Source: Podarcis pityusensis | Lineage: Eukaryota | Assembly (NCBI GenBank): GCA_964106645.2 | Contig: OZ078259.1 | Reading direction: 5' to 3' (one strand) | Length of the DNA: 64,000 nt | Shown: positions 49,824 through 64,000 of the stretch, in pieces | Numbering within the stretch: the first letter of the stretch is position 1 | Layout: every line of letters begins with the position of its first letter | The notes under the pieces: model-generated | What the model was told of the DNA's origin: nothing | The model's database searches: none | The model's input: the letters and a program-made list of their open reading frames with translations, nothing else | Program-made: the position numbers and the translations under genes

Positions 49824-52696
49824 GTAACATGGTTATTTCATTCCTTACCTCTGAAATGTGTATCTACATAAAGAGGGATGGCACGTACTTTGCAGAAATC
49901 TTTGGTGTGTGGGATCATATTCACCACTCTGCCATGGAATCCCTTGTTAGAGGAAACAGACCACTTAACAGGGATCCATTACAATTTTATCCCCAAGTGT
50001 AGTGCTTTCTTTTTTGCCAAACAAAAAAAAGTCAGGTGTTCATTCATATAGCTGGTTTGAAAAAGATGTTTTGTGGAGTTAAATCTCCCTGTAATTGGTG
50101 GTTGCAGAGGGGAGGGACAGGAATTTTTCATTCCTTCTCCAATGGCTCTAAAAATTAAACCAGTCGCCCTCAACATATCCCCAGCTCTTCACTATACATC
50201 CATGCTCCAGTTTCCCCTTTCTTGCTGCAGTTCTCGAGTTAAATGGAATGTGAAGCTTTTAAAAGTATGACAAAAAGATATAATATTGAAGACAGACTAT
50301 TTTTAAGTTGCAGCTTAGAAAAACTTAGATTGATGTATATGCTTCTGTTTCTTAAACATGTTTGTGAAATTACAGCTCTTTTCCATAAGCAAGTGTTTAG
50401 AGATTTTCAAACAAAGTTGTATGCTATTTCCTGCAGCTGCATGTGAGGATCCCTGCTCTGAAGTACTAGTATGCAGTGCTGGTACAGAACAGGGCAGAGC
50501 ATCCTTGACCTCCTAAAATCACACACTGGGAGTTTTCATTAGAATGAGGTAGCAGCTATTTCATCCTTTCCTTATTTCTCAGTCAGTTTAGGATAAAATT
50601 GTAGGGATACAATCATTTCCACAAATATAACGTGAATCCTGTACAGTTGTTTGCCAGAGACATTCATCTTGGATGGTAGGGAAGGAAATGAGAGGATCCT
50701 ATCATTTCTGGAATTTTGTATTTTCTCGAGGCATGTGTGTCTCCATAGTTTGAGAACCTGTCAAATATTCCCTCTAATGTTTGGTTGAGTCCCAAGTAAA
50801 AAGCTTAAAATTATTCTTGTAATCAGCATACATATATTTATTACATGGAGGAGGCTAGATGGAAAATGAGAGGAAGCCAAAGAATTTTGCCTGGACACTC
50901 AGGTTTTTAAAGCAGCATGTAATGTGGGTGTTAAATTAGGGTTGTAGCACTCCATAGATAGAATGAGTTCTGTTTGGTTCTGGTTCTGAAAAGAAATTCC
51001 TATGCTCAGAATGTGCTCAGAGGCACCCTGCTCTTTAATTCTAACTGCACCTCTTTTGCACTTGTTGCTGGTTGGCAAATCTTGGGAGTCTAATAAAAAT
51101 AGTAGATCTTAGCAGTGGGAAGATTGCCCATTCCTAACCAAAAGTCTCAAAGCTAGGTACTGTAACTTCAAATGGGGTAGTAATGTTAATTTGTTGCAGT
51201 AAAAAGACAAAAAAGCCATGGGGGACCTGATGAACCAACCTTAATTCTGTTGTTGTTAGTTTTTTTAAACTGTTTCTAATATTATGTTGCAACTGCTGCA
51301 ACCCACCTTAGGGTGAGTGGTGGATATAACATTCTCTAGTGAATTTTGATATCTGTATGCGTAAGGGGGGAGTTTATGGATATACACATACCAAGAATGA
51401 TAAAGCAGGCTTTGATGTATTAATCTCTGGCTTTGAAGAGCTTTGTTATGTCTCTGAAAAAATATATTTTGTTTTTAAATATCTGTCTCAAAACATTTCT
51501 GCTTTCTAATCAAGTTAATTAACTGTTGCTTTTTTAAAGGAAGTATCTTACTTCAGGAAATGATAGAGTATATTGGCTGTTTCTTACTTCTAAGTACCTT
51601 CCATCACTCTACAAAAGAAAAACAATAGAGATGGTCCTTATTTTTGTAATTATAAAAAATATTTTTATAATTTTGGCCTCATCACCATACACCAGTACCA
51701 TACACACATTCCTGTTTGTCTACCCTTAACATGCAGGTCAAGCTGTCTTTTGTTAAACCGCGTTTGCCTTTCCCAGACACTTTCCACTCATTTCTTTGCT
51801 TCTGACTGGTAAATGTGAATCTTGCATTTCCATTTCCTGACTCATATATAAGTCCAGTTCTCACTGAGTGTCCATTTGACTCTTTTTATGCTTCTTTTGG
51901 GCAAATGCCTCACTGACAAATTAATGGTACCAAGCATGTATGTATTGTGAAGAATCTGTATTTCTTTTCCTTTCCTTGCTGTATATATACCATTCTTGCC
52001 ACAACTGAAGAGTGTAGAAATGTCTGTGGATGAGGATAGGATACATCTTCAGCTGAAATGGTAGATCTAGAAAGGGAACATCATCTGCCAGCATATAAAC
52101 TGTACTGCACATCTGATCTTCAAGCCACACCACATGAGGAATATGCAGTGCCTCAAGAGCTGCTTATTAGTAGCCCTGACTACTAATCAGTTTGATCTTA
52201 CATTATGTTGAAATGATGCTAAGTCAATAAGAACATTTGTATGGCTTGGTTTTCAAACTCCATACAAATGATATGCTTAAGGGGGCATTTTAAAATTGAT
52301 CCATGAAACTGTGGCAGCACATGAGGAATGAATCTTATCCACTTCGTAAGTAGGATATAGTATTTAGAACGTGGTAAGATAAAAGCCAGTACCTTGAATC
52401 CTGCCTTGAAGACTTGCATATTAGAATCCTTGTGTAATGTGCTCCTTGTGATATTTCCGTTTCATGAGGCAGGCTGTTGCATTGTCTGTATACTGAAGAT
52501 TCTGAAAAATAATCAAGAAAGCTTTGCACACAATACATTACAGCAGCTGATTTTTTAAAACATAAATGCTTTTTAGTTCTGAATTAGGGGGGCGGGGATT
52601 GGCAGTCCAAGGCAATCTTGTTTTGTACTGGTCAACTATTGCTTAATAGAACTGTCAAGTTCAGTAGCAAAGTCCCCATGATCTGCAATCCATTTG

Positions 52697-53027
52697 GTAA
52701 AGATAAAGGGACCCCTGACCATTAGGTCCAGTCGTGGCTGACTATGGGGTTGCAGCGCTCATCTAAGTTTATTGGCCGAAGGAGTTGGCGTACAGCTTCT
52801 GGGTCATGTGGCCAGCATGACTAAGCCGTTTCTGGCGAACCAGAGCAGAGCATGGAAACACTGGAGTGGGTACCTATTTATCTGCTTGCACTTTGACGTG
52901 CTTTCAAACTGCTAGGAGCAGGGACTGAGCAACAGGAGCTCACATCGTCGCGGGGGTTCGAACGGCCGACCTTCTGATCGACAAGTCCTAGGCTCTGTGG
53001 TTTAACCCACAGCGCCACCCGCATCCC
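52697..53027 (-). mobile_element. Sauria SINE
   Basis: Same family; 12-bp TSD GCAATCCATTTG at 52685-52696 and 53028-53039. Confidence 0.88.
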
Positions 53028-53386
53028 GCAATCCATTTGACTCATCCCGAATTCAACCATTTCACCATTCTGATGGGTCAGTTTAGCAGAGATCTGTATT
53101 GTTCAGAGACAATGTCTAGTTTTCATTTGTTTACTTGCAAGTCACTATTGTGACCTGGCTACTGATGGGGCAGAAACTGGTACGTTGAGCATCTCCTAGA
53201 GGGATTATTTGTATGTAAGCATAAGTACAAATGCTTCCTTGATTATGAGTTTTGACATAGAAGTAAATCTTGTGGGTCACTATTGAAAGCTCACTAAATG
53301 GCCTTTGATCTGCTCCAGAAAGGCCGTTCTTACGTTCTTAAATTATATATTTTCTGTAAAAGACACTAATTTTTAATATCTTGCAG

Positions 53387-53502
53387 ATAAACCTAAACTG
53401 CCTGAAAATTACACAGATGAAACCTGGCAAAAACTGAAGGAAGCTGTAGAAGCTATTCAGAACAGTACTTCAATTAAGTACAACTTAGAAGAGCTCTATC
53501 AG
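53387..53502 (+). CDS. CUL4B: CUL4B coding exon
   Basis: cag|AT then [38 protein letters not shown]|gtaagt; 116 nt. Confidence 0.97.
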
Positions 53503-54210
53503 GTAAGTGTCAAAACTTGTAGCGTTCAATAACATAGGTAAAGCCGTACTAGACTGTAAACATCCCTGAGGTTTTTAGCCCACTTTCTAGGGCCTCAAAC
53601 TATCTGGGTTTGAAGTGTGGATAAGGACCCATAATCACTCAGTGAAGACCAGGTTGGACTGATGGTACTTCAGAAAACTAACGAGAGCTCCTTCACAAAT
53701 TCATCAAGCCAGATATACTTTTTCAATCAACACAGTAAAATATTCAGATGTTCATCTGAATGGCTTTTTTCTGGTACATTCACTATGGTTCAGGCACTCT
53801 AGAATTTGTAGTGGCACTTCAACAAAACAGTGAAGACTGGTCACAATTTTAGGTGTCCTGCACTTCAGAGAGGGACAAACTACAGTTTGAAGTACATCTT
53901 CAGGAGTACTATACTGGCGTGACCAAAGATTCTCTGGATAGATAGGATGATAAGCTTCACAGGGAAACAAAGGTTCTGCTTATTGCTGGGACGACAACTT
54001 CCATCCCAGTTTGTTTCTTGTTCCTAGTGTGCTGACACAGACCTATTGTGAGGTTGAAACATCGCAGGCAGGGAGGCTCTTTTAACATGAAATTGAAGTA
54101 GAACTTCCCCAGTTTTTTGATACTATTTATTAGTAATATATAGTAGTAATTAGTAATATATTTATTAGTAATATAGTAATATATTATATATTGCACACTC
54201 GTTTAAAGTA

Positions 54211-54433
54211 CAGTGGTACCTCGGGTCAAGTACTTAATTCGTTCCGGAGGTCCGTTCTTAACCTGAAACTGTTCTTAACCTGAAGCACCACTTTAGCTAA
54301 TGGGGCCTCCTGCTGCCGCGCTGCCGGAGCACGATTTCTGTTCTCATCCTGAAGCAAAGTTCTTAACCTGAGGTAATATTTCTGGGTTAGCGGAGTCTGT
54401 AACCTGAAGCATATGTAACCCGAGGTACCACTG
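54211..54433. mobile_element. MITE family A copy
   Basis: Same TIRs, TA flanks and internal sequence. Confidence 0.85.
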
Positions 54434-54946
54434 TATCAAGATGGTGTTCGACACATATAATAGAACATAAAAAATACCATAAAACATTAAGAGGAATTTT
54501 TGGTGCTTGCAGAAATATGAGGTCATCCACTGCTCTGCAGCACTCAAAATACTTTTAATGCTAGTGGGAATGTAAATTAGTGTACTGCCATTAGTTTACT
54601 CTTCAAATGAGTAAAGTTAAAGTAATCTGAAAAAGCTAGAAAGGCAAGTTGTCATAAGTAGATCCAAGTTACAGTATTGCTAAAAATGGGGAACTTAAGT
54701 TGCTTACTGACTTTTTTATTGTGGTATTTACCTACTTCTCGAGAAGCAGGAAACAATGATGAAATGTTTCAAACTCCAGCCTCAAATACTTGAACACCTG
54801 GGATTTTGCTTGTTTTTATAGGAAGCACACTTAAGAAATCAAAAGACATAACTTCAATAGTCCCTTTTACTACAAATGCTTGGTATATTCTTTTCTTTGT
54901 TGCCTTAAAAGTAACAGGTTCCCTTACCTTAAAGAAGCAGCATTTA

Positions 54947-55382
54947 CCGCATTTTTCGCTCTATAGGACACACCTTGTTTTAGAGGGGGAGAACAAGAAA
55001 AAAAATCCCCCTCTCTGCTCAGCGCCCCTTCAGCGAAGCGGCAGGAGAAACGGAGCCCCTTCCATTTCTCCTTCCGCTTCGCTGAAGGGGCGCTGCGCAG
55101 CTCTCCCTCTCTGCTGAAGCCAGGAGAGTCTTACTCTCCGGGCTTCAGCAAAAGGAACCCGCTGCACTCCGGAGGCTTCAGGCGGAGTCTTGCTCTCCCG
55201 GCTTCAGCATAAGGAACCCAAAGCCTCCGGAGCGCGGAGGGAGCGCTCCCTCTGTACTTTGGAGGCTTCGCGTTGCTTTCGCTGAAGCCAAGGAGCCTGC
55301 ATTCGCTCCATAGGACGCACACACACATTTCCCCTTAATTTTTGGAGGGGGAAAAGTGTGTCCTATAGAGTGAAAAATACGG
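54947..55382. mobile_element. Non-autonomous Tc2/pogo-type DNA transposon (CCGTA-type TIR)
   Basis: TA|CCGCATTTTTCGCTCTATAGGACACAC ... GTGTGTCCTATAGAGTGAAAAATACGG|TA. Confidence 0.8.
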
Positions 55383-56394
55383 TATATGCAGAGTTAACCA
55401 TTTGTATCATTTTCGTGTATATTTTACCTCATCTTCTTTATCACTTACCATCCCTTCTTCCCTATCTGTTCCTATATTATTTTGAATGCATGTTTTTTCT
55501 CGCTCACTTTAGTTTTGCCAGTTAACTGTTGAGTTTTCTGTAGAACCACAGTATTTCACAGACCCACTAAGCCTTTGCTTAAGACTTTATAATCTGATTA
55601 TGTGTGCTTCCATGGAATTACTTTGCATCTTCACTGATTTTTGGAAAGATAACCTTTACTTTGGGTTTTGTGAATGTCAAAGGAAAGATTCTTAATCTGC
55701 ATGCAGTTTGTATTCAGTTTGTTCAATACCTGTCTTTCAAAGGTCTTCTTAATGTAGAGTATTCTGTAGCTATTCCGGTTAATAACTGTGTAGGATTTTG
55801 AATCTTTGAAACTACTATTTGGATATCACTTGTTAAGTGTACTTTTTATCTAAGGGGGCGTGTTGAATTATTTCTTAAATTATCACTATTAAGAAGTGAA
55901 CATTATTCCATAGGATAGTATAATCAAAAGACTGAACAAAAATAATGACCGAAACATTGGCTATTTGATGTTGCTATTTTAAAATGGGGGTGGGAAGGAT
56001 CTTGTTAGAGTGCTTCTTGTTGCATGGCTGTTTAGGACAAAAGTTCCTAACATTTAAAATATAAAAACAACACTCAGTTATTATTATTATTATTATTATT
56101 TAATTAGTTTTTTACCCACAAAGTTCTCAAAGTGACTTACAAGATTAGATACAGCAGATAAAATCAATAAAAGCCAGAAAATGTAAAACAATGTATAGTG
56201 CAAAATACAGAAAATGCTAACACAGTAACGTCATACGAATAAGTCCTATTGCTTGTGATACAAATCTGATACACATACATCTCCTGACATAACTTTCAAA
56301 TGGAGTAAAGTCCAAATTTTACAGTTGCATAGTTGGAGTTGGAATGGCCTCGAGCAGGCAGCCCTTGTTTCTAAGAGCTGTTGTTCTAATTGGC

Positions 56395-56530
56395 TTGTGG
56401 GAATCTCTCTTGCCTCAGAAAACAAAGCTAGATTTAATTGGCTTAAGTTACAAGAAGGTAGATTTTGGTTGAACATTTGGAGAAACATCTTAATGGTTGG
56501 AGAAATTCAACCATAGAACCAATTACAAGA
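56395..56530 (+). mobile_element. CR1 LINE fragment
   Basis: LKLQEGRFWLNIWRNILMV resembles the CR1 ORF2 C-terminus. Confidence 0.6.
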
Positions 56531-57764
56531 TAGGCTTTCCATTGTTGAAACCCTACAGGCACTGGCTGGGCAGGTCAGCATCTCCCGACAGGGCTGGGAG
56601 AGAATGCTGCCAGTCAGTGTAGATGCTACTGTGCTGGATGGGCCAGTGATCTCACTATATACAAGACTGCTTCCTATGTTCAGCTGGATTTTCTGCCTCA
56701 AGCAGGGAATGGGACTACGTGGCCTACGAAAACTCTGTCAACTCTTGAATTCACATAGGTAGAATACTGTACTAGGTTGATTAACATATAGCTCATATTC
56801 CAAGCTTTGTGGCTGATGGGAGAACCTTCAACATCTTTTCTTCTTGTCTCCTTGGGAGTCCCTTAAAAGAAATAGTAACTAGAAATTGAGTTGTAGGCAT
56901 ACCACACAAGTTGTCTTGTGGCTTATCCTCATGTTTCTCTTACCTCACTTTGAGGAGGGTGTCTTGCTACGTTAGTGATAATGTTAATGCATTGTGCTTT
57001 CTGGCACACAGCAATTACTGAGAATTCATTATTGAAGCATTCAATTGGCCTTCTTTATTTATAGCATTTGTACCCTGCTCTTTAGCCAAAAAGGCCTCTA
57101 AAATGACTTACATAAAATCAAAACAAGACACTCTCTACCTACAGGTTTACAATCTGAGAAAACAACCAAACAAATCCGACAACACACAAGGGGAAAGGGA
57201 TGGAAGAGGAAAATAAAAATAAAAACTCTGGCACCAATTACTAGACTGTTTTTCCTATATTGACCTGTCGGCACAGTTCAGAGGCAGATGGTGTCTGATG
57301 CTGGGCTTCCAGCAGAGCCGATGGACTGACCCTGCTTCCTCTCCCATTGAGGCAGTCTGGTGGAATGGCTTCCCCCAGATGACAGTTGAGGGAGAGGAGG
57401 CTTGATGGGTCTAGTAAGTGTGTCACAGCAGAGCCTGTGTAATGAGCTCCACTTCTTAGCTGTACATTAGGAAATAATGGTTATTTAGCAGAGTAATTGA
57501 CTACCTCAGGAGGTTTTAAGGCAAGAATTGGGTGGTCATCTGTTAGAGATGCAGGAGTTTCATCTTCTATTGTAGATCCTTCAGTGAACAGGGGCTTGGA
57601 CTAGATAACCACTCTTTCTTCCACATGCCATAGACGAGCCTTGTGGCTTACCAGTAGAACAACTTTCTGGAAGATAGCTAAAAGCTCATTTAAGGGTTAT
57701 TTGGGGATAAACTTGCATGTTTTCAACCAGTACTTCTGACATCTTAGGGTAAGATATCCTAGTA

Positions 57765-57979
57765 CAGTGGTACCTCGGGTTAAGTACTTAATTCGTTCCG
57801 GAGGTCTGTTCTTAACCTGAAACAGTTCTTAACCTGAAGCACCACTTTAGCTGATGGGGCCTCCCACCGTCGGAGCACGATTTCTGTTCTCATCCTAAAG
57901 CAAAGTTCTTAACCTGAAGCGCTATTTCTGGGTTAGCGGAGTCTGTAACCTGAAGCGTATGTAACCCAAGGTACCACTG
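57765..57979. mobile_element. MITE family A copy
   Basis: Same TIRs, TA flanks and internal sequence. Confidence 0.85.
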
Positions 57980-58167
57980 TATATTTTTATATGTATGTTC
58001 TGTGGAAATCTGTCAGCCTCCTAAGGTTAAGGCCTTAGGGGACCCCTCTCTAGTATGTGTTCAAAGTGATCTCTCAGCTAGCACCAGATATTTTTACAGC
58101 AAAGTAACTCTATTTTCTATTGACACTATTCGTTTGCATCTATTTTTAACATGTGTTAAAAATAATA

Positions 58168-59074
58168 CCATATTTTTCGCTCAATAACACGCACCCGACC
58201 ATAACACGCATGTAGTTTTTAGAAGGGAAAACAAGAAAAAAAATATTCTAAATGAAACAGTGGATGTATGATTTTTGTGGTTCATGCTGTGGCCACAGAC
58301 ATGTGATCTGACGGTGAGTTTGGGGTAGCCCAATGCAAAAATCCTGAGGATCCATGTGGATCCATGTTTGTAACCATGTTTTTGCACCACTGCAGCCTCA
58401 GGTAACAGTGGGTGCGTGATTTTTTTGGTGCAAACTGTAGCCATGGACATGCTATGTGATCTGATGGTGAATTTGGGGTGACCCAGTGCAAAAATCCTGA
58501 GGATCCATGTGGATCTGTGCTTTGTAACCACGTTTTAAGTGGGGAGGGAAGGAAAAGCACTCTAGGGACAAGGAGCACACATGGAGCAGGCTCTGCTTCT
58601 CTCCCTCTCCCCCCCCCCCCCTTAGCGAGCTGAAAAACTTTGCTGGAGGGACAGAGAGCCTGCTTGCTTTAAAGGAGCCTACCGGACAGGAGCCGCTTAC
58701 ACGAGTGGTACCTCCTCCCCCCACCCCTTAGCGAGCTGAAAAGCAAAGCAGGAGGAGACTGAAAATCTTTCCTGCTATTTCCAGCAAAGCAGGAGAAGAG
58801 CCGCTGAGTGGGGAGGAGGGAGAGAAGCAGAACCTGCTTGCTTTAAAGGAGCCAACCAGACAGGAGCCGCTTACACGAGTGTAAGCGGCTCCTCTCCCCT
58901 CCTGCTTTGCTCCTTTAAAGAAGCAGGCACTCTGTCCCTCTCTCCTCCCCATTCAGCGGCTCTTCTCCCTCTGGAAACCACAGAGGAGGGAAGCATTCGC
59001 TCCGTAACACGCACAGACATTTCCCCTTACTTTCTAGGAGGAAAAAAATGCGTGTTATGGAGCGAAAACTACGG
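58168..59074. mobile_element. Non-autonomous Tc2/pogo-type DNA transposon related to 54947-55382
   Basis: TA|CCATATTTTTCGCTCAATAACACGCA ... TGCGTGTTATGGAGCGAAAACTACGG|TA, with internal duplicated blocks. Confidence 0.78.
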
Positions 59075-60247
59075 TAATATAAGTTGCTGGTGATGTGAAT
59101 ACTTGATAAAACTGTTCTACTAAAGAGCAGCTGCCTGGTAAATGTATCCAATTCCAAATGTGCATTTTAATGCACGATTATGTATGCCACAGCAACAAGG
59201 TATTTTTCTCCCACAGTCCTCAAAAAGATTCTTACGAGTATTGTTTTGATCAGCAATAAACCTCTTAGTGCACTACTTCCCCTGCTGGCAAAAATCCTTG
59301 TAAAGCAACACTAGATTATTTAAGTCTCCCACTGCTTCAAACCCCCTTAGTAGAGCTTTGAGGTGAACTTATTCATACCAGTCCCCTTCTCTCAAATGTG
59401 CTAAATTTCAGATTAGTGAATAAATTTGGATCTCCTTTACGAAGATGCTCTCATAGGGCTGTTTCAAGGTTTGTCTTAATTTAGTCCATAATAATTTATT
59501 TAAACTTCTTCATCAGTAGACGTGGTGCTTTTGCAGAAGAAAGGAACAAGTGACATAAACAAAAGAAAGATTTCTGTCCTGATGTCCTTACAATCACTAA
59601 GCTTTAACATGGGGAGGGCGAGAGGTTAGAATTAATATGAGCAAATACAACTAACATGTACATAGACTTTGTTTTAGTTGATGAGGGTACTTAGCATTTA
59701 TAGACAATGTTCACAGAGGTAGCTCTATTACTGTTGTAGCAAAACAAAAGAATCTTGTAGACTCTTGAAGGCTTACAAATGTATTATGGTATAATATTTC
59801 TGGTCCACAAAAGATTATGCCACAATAAATTTGTTAGCCTTAAGGCTAACAAAGGGATTATCTGATCCATAATCCCTGACCATTGGCCATGCTGATGTGG
59901 ATGGAGTCCAACATCTGGAGGGCCACATGTTCTTCATGTATCAGTGTGTTTCAAGGCTTCTTGTAGTATTTACATAGTGTAGTTGAAGTGTTCATAAGTG
60001 CTTTGTGTTCTTATTTGATGAGTACTGTCTCCATATACCAGCAAGCAACTGAAATGGCATTTGAATAATTTTAAAATACAGCACCTAAAATAAAACGCAA
60101 CAAATAAATATATTCCTTGTGGTTTCAACAGCCAGTAAAACAGTAAATTCAAGCAGGCTTCAATAGTAACACCCAGCAGATATTTGTTGCATGGAAGCAT
60201 AACCATATTTACTTTGAAGTAAATTCTGTTGCGGAAAATGCAGTTTA

Positions 60248-60606
60248 AGTAAAGGTAAAGGGACCCCTGACCATTAGGTCCAGTCGTGACTGACTCTGGG
60301 GTTGCGGCGCTCATCTCGCTTTATTGGCTGAGGGAGCTGGCGTACAGCTTCCGGGTCATGTGGCCAGCATGACTAAGCCGCTTCTGGCGAACCAGAGCAG
60401 CGCACGGAAACGCCGTTTACCTTCCCGCCGGAGCGCTACCTATTTATCTACTTGCACTTTGACGTGCTTTCGAACTGCTAAGTTGGCCGGAACAGGGACC
60501 GAGCAACGGGAGCTCACCCCGTCATTGTGGGGATTCAAACCGCCGACCTTCTGATCGGCAAGTCCTAGGCTCTGTGGTTTAACCCACAGTGCCACCCTCA
60601 TCCCTC
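60248..60606 (-). mobile_element. Sauria SINE
   Basis: Same family; TSD AAAATGCAGTTTA at 60235-60247 and 60607-60619. Confidence 0.88.
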
Positions 60607-61394
60607 AAAATGCAGTTTACTTACTAGTAAATGTTCTTAAAATTGCAGCGTTGGTTTTAGAGTAGCGTACAAATAATTTTATGTTTGAACTATAATTGTG
60701 AATCTTTGCTAAGCAAAATTAAGGCTATGCAGTCTTCATCACTGGGTCCTGTTTAGGCTGCATGTCCTTTAGGTGTCAAGAGTTCTTTGTCTAAAATGTT
60801 GCTCATTTGCTAGTCTGGTATTCCATTGTTTTCTTCCATTTTCTTCTTCATGATGTTTACTGTAGTTATGTTAAATGAGCTCAGTCAGCCGAAAGGCACT
60901 GTGCCCAGGGGAGCATGAATGCAACTGCAGTGCATTCTGGCATGTATTTTTGTTCTGTGAACTAACAGCAAAATTGAGAGCCAGATCTTTGGAGTCCCAT
61001 TTTAAATGAGTAGTGTTTGTGCAGAAAGTATCCAAGACTGCAAATGACTTGAGACCTGTGAGCAGAGTTCCATTCACATACTGGGGATTTCCCACGCCCA
61101 TTGTAGTTCTTGGCATCTCCTGAAAAGCCACTCTTGTGGGTTAGTCATATTCATTTAATTGGGTCTAATCAGAGTAGGTCTAGTTTTGAATACCACCCTT
61201 AACTTTGATCTCTAATTGTCTAGTGATGCCCCCACATCGGATAGGCATGTTTTTTAAAAACTCACTGGGAAGAATCATTTTGACTTGTGTTTTTCTGAGA
61301 GCTGGCATGTACAGAAAAAGTTACGAGTTGTAGATGGAGTCCTGCAAATGTTGGTGGAGTTTTTTTTCATGTATCCTCCTTTTCCTTTTTTTAG

Positions 61395-61703
<309 letters not shown>

Positions 61704-62111
61704 TAGGTGAGATTTGGTCTCATATCCTCTGAGGCGGTGTGTATGCTTATGATATTACTAGATCACAATGCTTTGAATATGGGTATTATCAAATGTGGAC
61801 ACCTAACTTGAAAGATAAGGTAAGTTCTTTCATAATTTTAAAGCTATTGAGTTCAATGGAATTGTGTCATCACAAGTGTTTGATTAACATAGTGGCCCTT
61901 TAAATTAGAATGGTGGTCTCTTGGCCTTTAGCTGATTTTAAATAAACATTTTTTTCATGATCACATCCTAGCCTAAAACAAAGGCTTTAAAATAGGGCTG
62001 GCAGTTTTTTTTGTTTCTATTGAGTTTTCCAGTGATGACGCAGAAGAACAATGTCATCAGGCATTGGTGTTATCCCAGTTGTTGTGTTAAATTTCTTAAC
62101 TCCTTCATCAT

Positions 62112-62181
62112 GGATTCATTGGACAGTGTTCTTTTTCTCAAGAAAATAGACAAATGTTGGCAAGACCACTGCAGACAAATG
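62112..62181 (+). CDS. CUL4B: CUL4B coding exon
   Basis: ...tttcttaactccttcatcat|G then DSLDSVLFLKKIDKCWQDHCRQM|gtaagg; 70 nt; restores the conserved FREDSLDS. Confidence 0.92.
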
Positions 62182-62953
62182 GTAAGGCTTGTTTTCCTTC
62201 CAAATAATACTTTTGTGAATTTGGATCCCAGATGGTTTCCCCCCACGAACACCTGCAACTTCCTGAAAACTGCCTTGCGAGTTGGAACAGGAACTATCTT
62301 GAGTAGCTTTCCAGGGGTCACAGATAGATGTGGAGGCAGGGGAGATCATTAGCTGTGCTAGAGAGAGAAGTGCTTTCTGCTCACAGATATTTAGGCAAAT
62401 ACAACTTTTTTGTTTTATTAGGAAATGATGCAAGCAATTATATATTTAGGACCTATTTTGGTTGCATTGCTTTTGTGTCCTGACACAAGGTATTCAATTC
62501 GCAAGTCTTGGCGACAGTTTCTGTCACTTCGAATCTGGTACATTATGCTGCATAATTTTTAGGGGTCCCTTAGGAAGATAACCCTTTTTGCAATGTGCCT
62601 CAGTAATTTTAAAAGGGCAGCACCATAAAACCTGCTTAAAGAAGTATTTCATCAGAATATTGTATGAAGAATTAGATTAAAATGTGCCCTCACTTCAGTC
62701 TCTGGAGGGAATGAAGTTTCCCCAGGTGACAGGAAGTGCAGCAGCTTTTCAGTGTCTCTTACCCTGTCCTGGTTGTGGAAACCTGCACATCAGTGGGGCA
62801 AGTAAGAGGATGTGCACCATTCATCTTAAGGAACATGGTAAAGCAAGAGGGAGGAGTCGGTCAGTTCATATGTTTGACTTTCTAAAGTTGCAGTCAATAA
62901 GGCATATTTAGAAGCAAGGCCTGTTAAAATTGGTGGCCTTTCCAACCAAGTAA

Positions 62954-63112
<159 letters not shown>

Positions 63113-64000
63113 TGAGAATGAAAAGAGAAGTATTGATTTTAGACTTCCAAATGCTTTGTCAAAAATATAGATTCAGTTTTTCTTCCCTTCCATTGTGATT
63201 GAGAGTCACAGTGAACTGACAGTGAATAGAGAATCTTGGTAGCATGGCTGGTATATATGTTTTCTTTGCTTATCCTGACCACCCAGATTTTCACAAGGGG
63301 GGTGTGTGGCAGTTGAAAGCTAAAGTTAAGCTAAACCAAGTTCATATTTGGAAAGTATCAACTAGCTCCAGAACAGTGAACGAGGTCACTGTGCATATTG
63401 TTTGGATACCAAGAACGGCAGCAGTGCTACATGTTGGGAACAATTGAGCCATCAGGAACCAGCTGGGCAAAAGGGTCTCTGTCTTCTGGCACCATTTTCA
63501 AACATCACAATAAGCCATACACAAGCCATTTATGCCTGCGTCTTGCCTCTCCACCAGCACTGTGGAGAAACAAAGAACAATTAGCATTGTTTCTTTTGTT
63601 CCTGGTTTTTCAATCACTGTTTGCGTGAGCACAACAATTCCTGGTTCAGGTATAATGCTAAGCAGGTGTTATCATGGTTTGTTTCCTCTGCACGCTCACA
63701 GTGAAGAGCAAAACAATCCAGGTTGACGCATTCATGGTAAACCATTAATTATGCTTTACTATGAAACGGGCCAGTGGCAAAAGCAAATAGCAATTTAGTC
63801 TTGAAATTTTAAAACAGGTGATGCAAAAGTAGAATGCTGCTAGCCTGGAACAATTGACTGGTTGTTTTTGTTTTTAACCATGTAGTTAAGCATGCTTAAC
63901 AAAATGCAGACCTTTGGGTTATGCCCTCCAGAACTCTACTCATTGTCTGTGTACTTATTTAAAATCTCCTCAGTGACTTTTACAGGAACAAAATGTGTCA

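Noticed and set aside
49824-50002. Read-through tail of the 327-aa ORF (and similar tails at 61499-61706 and 62182-62352)
   Set aside because: Intronic sequence past clear donors; CUL4B similarity stops at the splice sites.

Overview
Vertebrate genomic DNA, almost certainly from a squamate and most likely a lacertid lizard (inferred from Sauria SINEs and other squamate repeats). It holds three genes in the order and orientation of human Xq24. C1GALT1C1 (COSMC) is on +, with a probable non-coding first exon ending at 25433 and one coding exon (31363-32313, 316 aa). MCTS1 is on -, complete, with six coding exons (40901 down to 34381, 181 aa). CUL4B is on +, 5' part only, with a CpG island at about 47.8-49.3 kb, alternative starts and coding exons to 63111. 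Both MCTS1 and CUL4B contain a minor-spliceosome (U12) intron; the CUL4B one has rare AT-AT termini. The first 24 kb has no recognisable gene and is rich in TEs (Sauria SINEs, RTE/CR1/L1 fragments, hAT and Tc1/pogo MITEs, solo LTRs). The most unexplained stretch is a degraded coding-like segment on the minus strand at about 42.7-45.0 kb, split by an RTE insertion. All gene and repeat calls come from reading the sequence and recalled family features; no searches were run.
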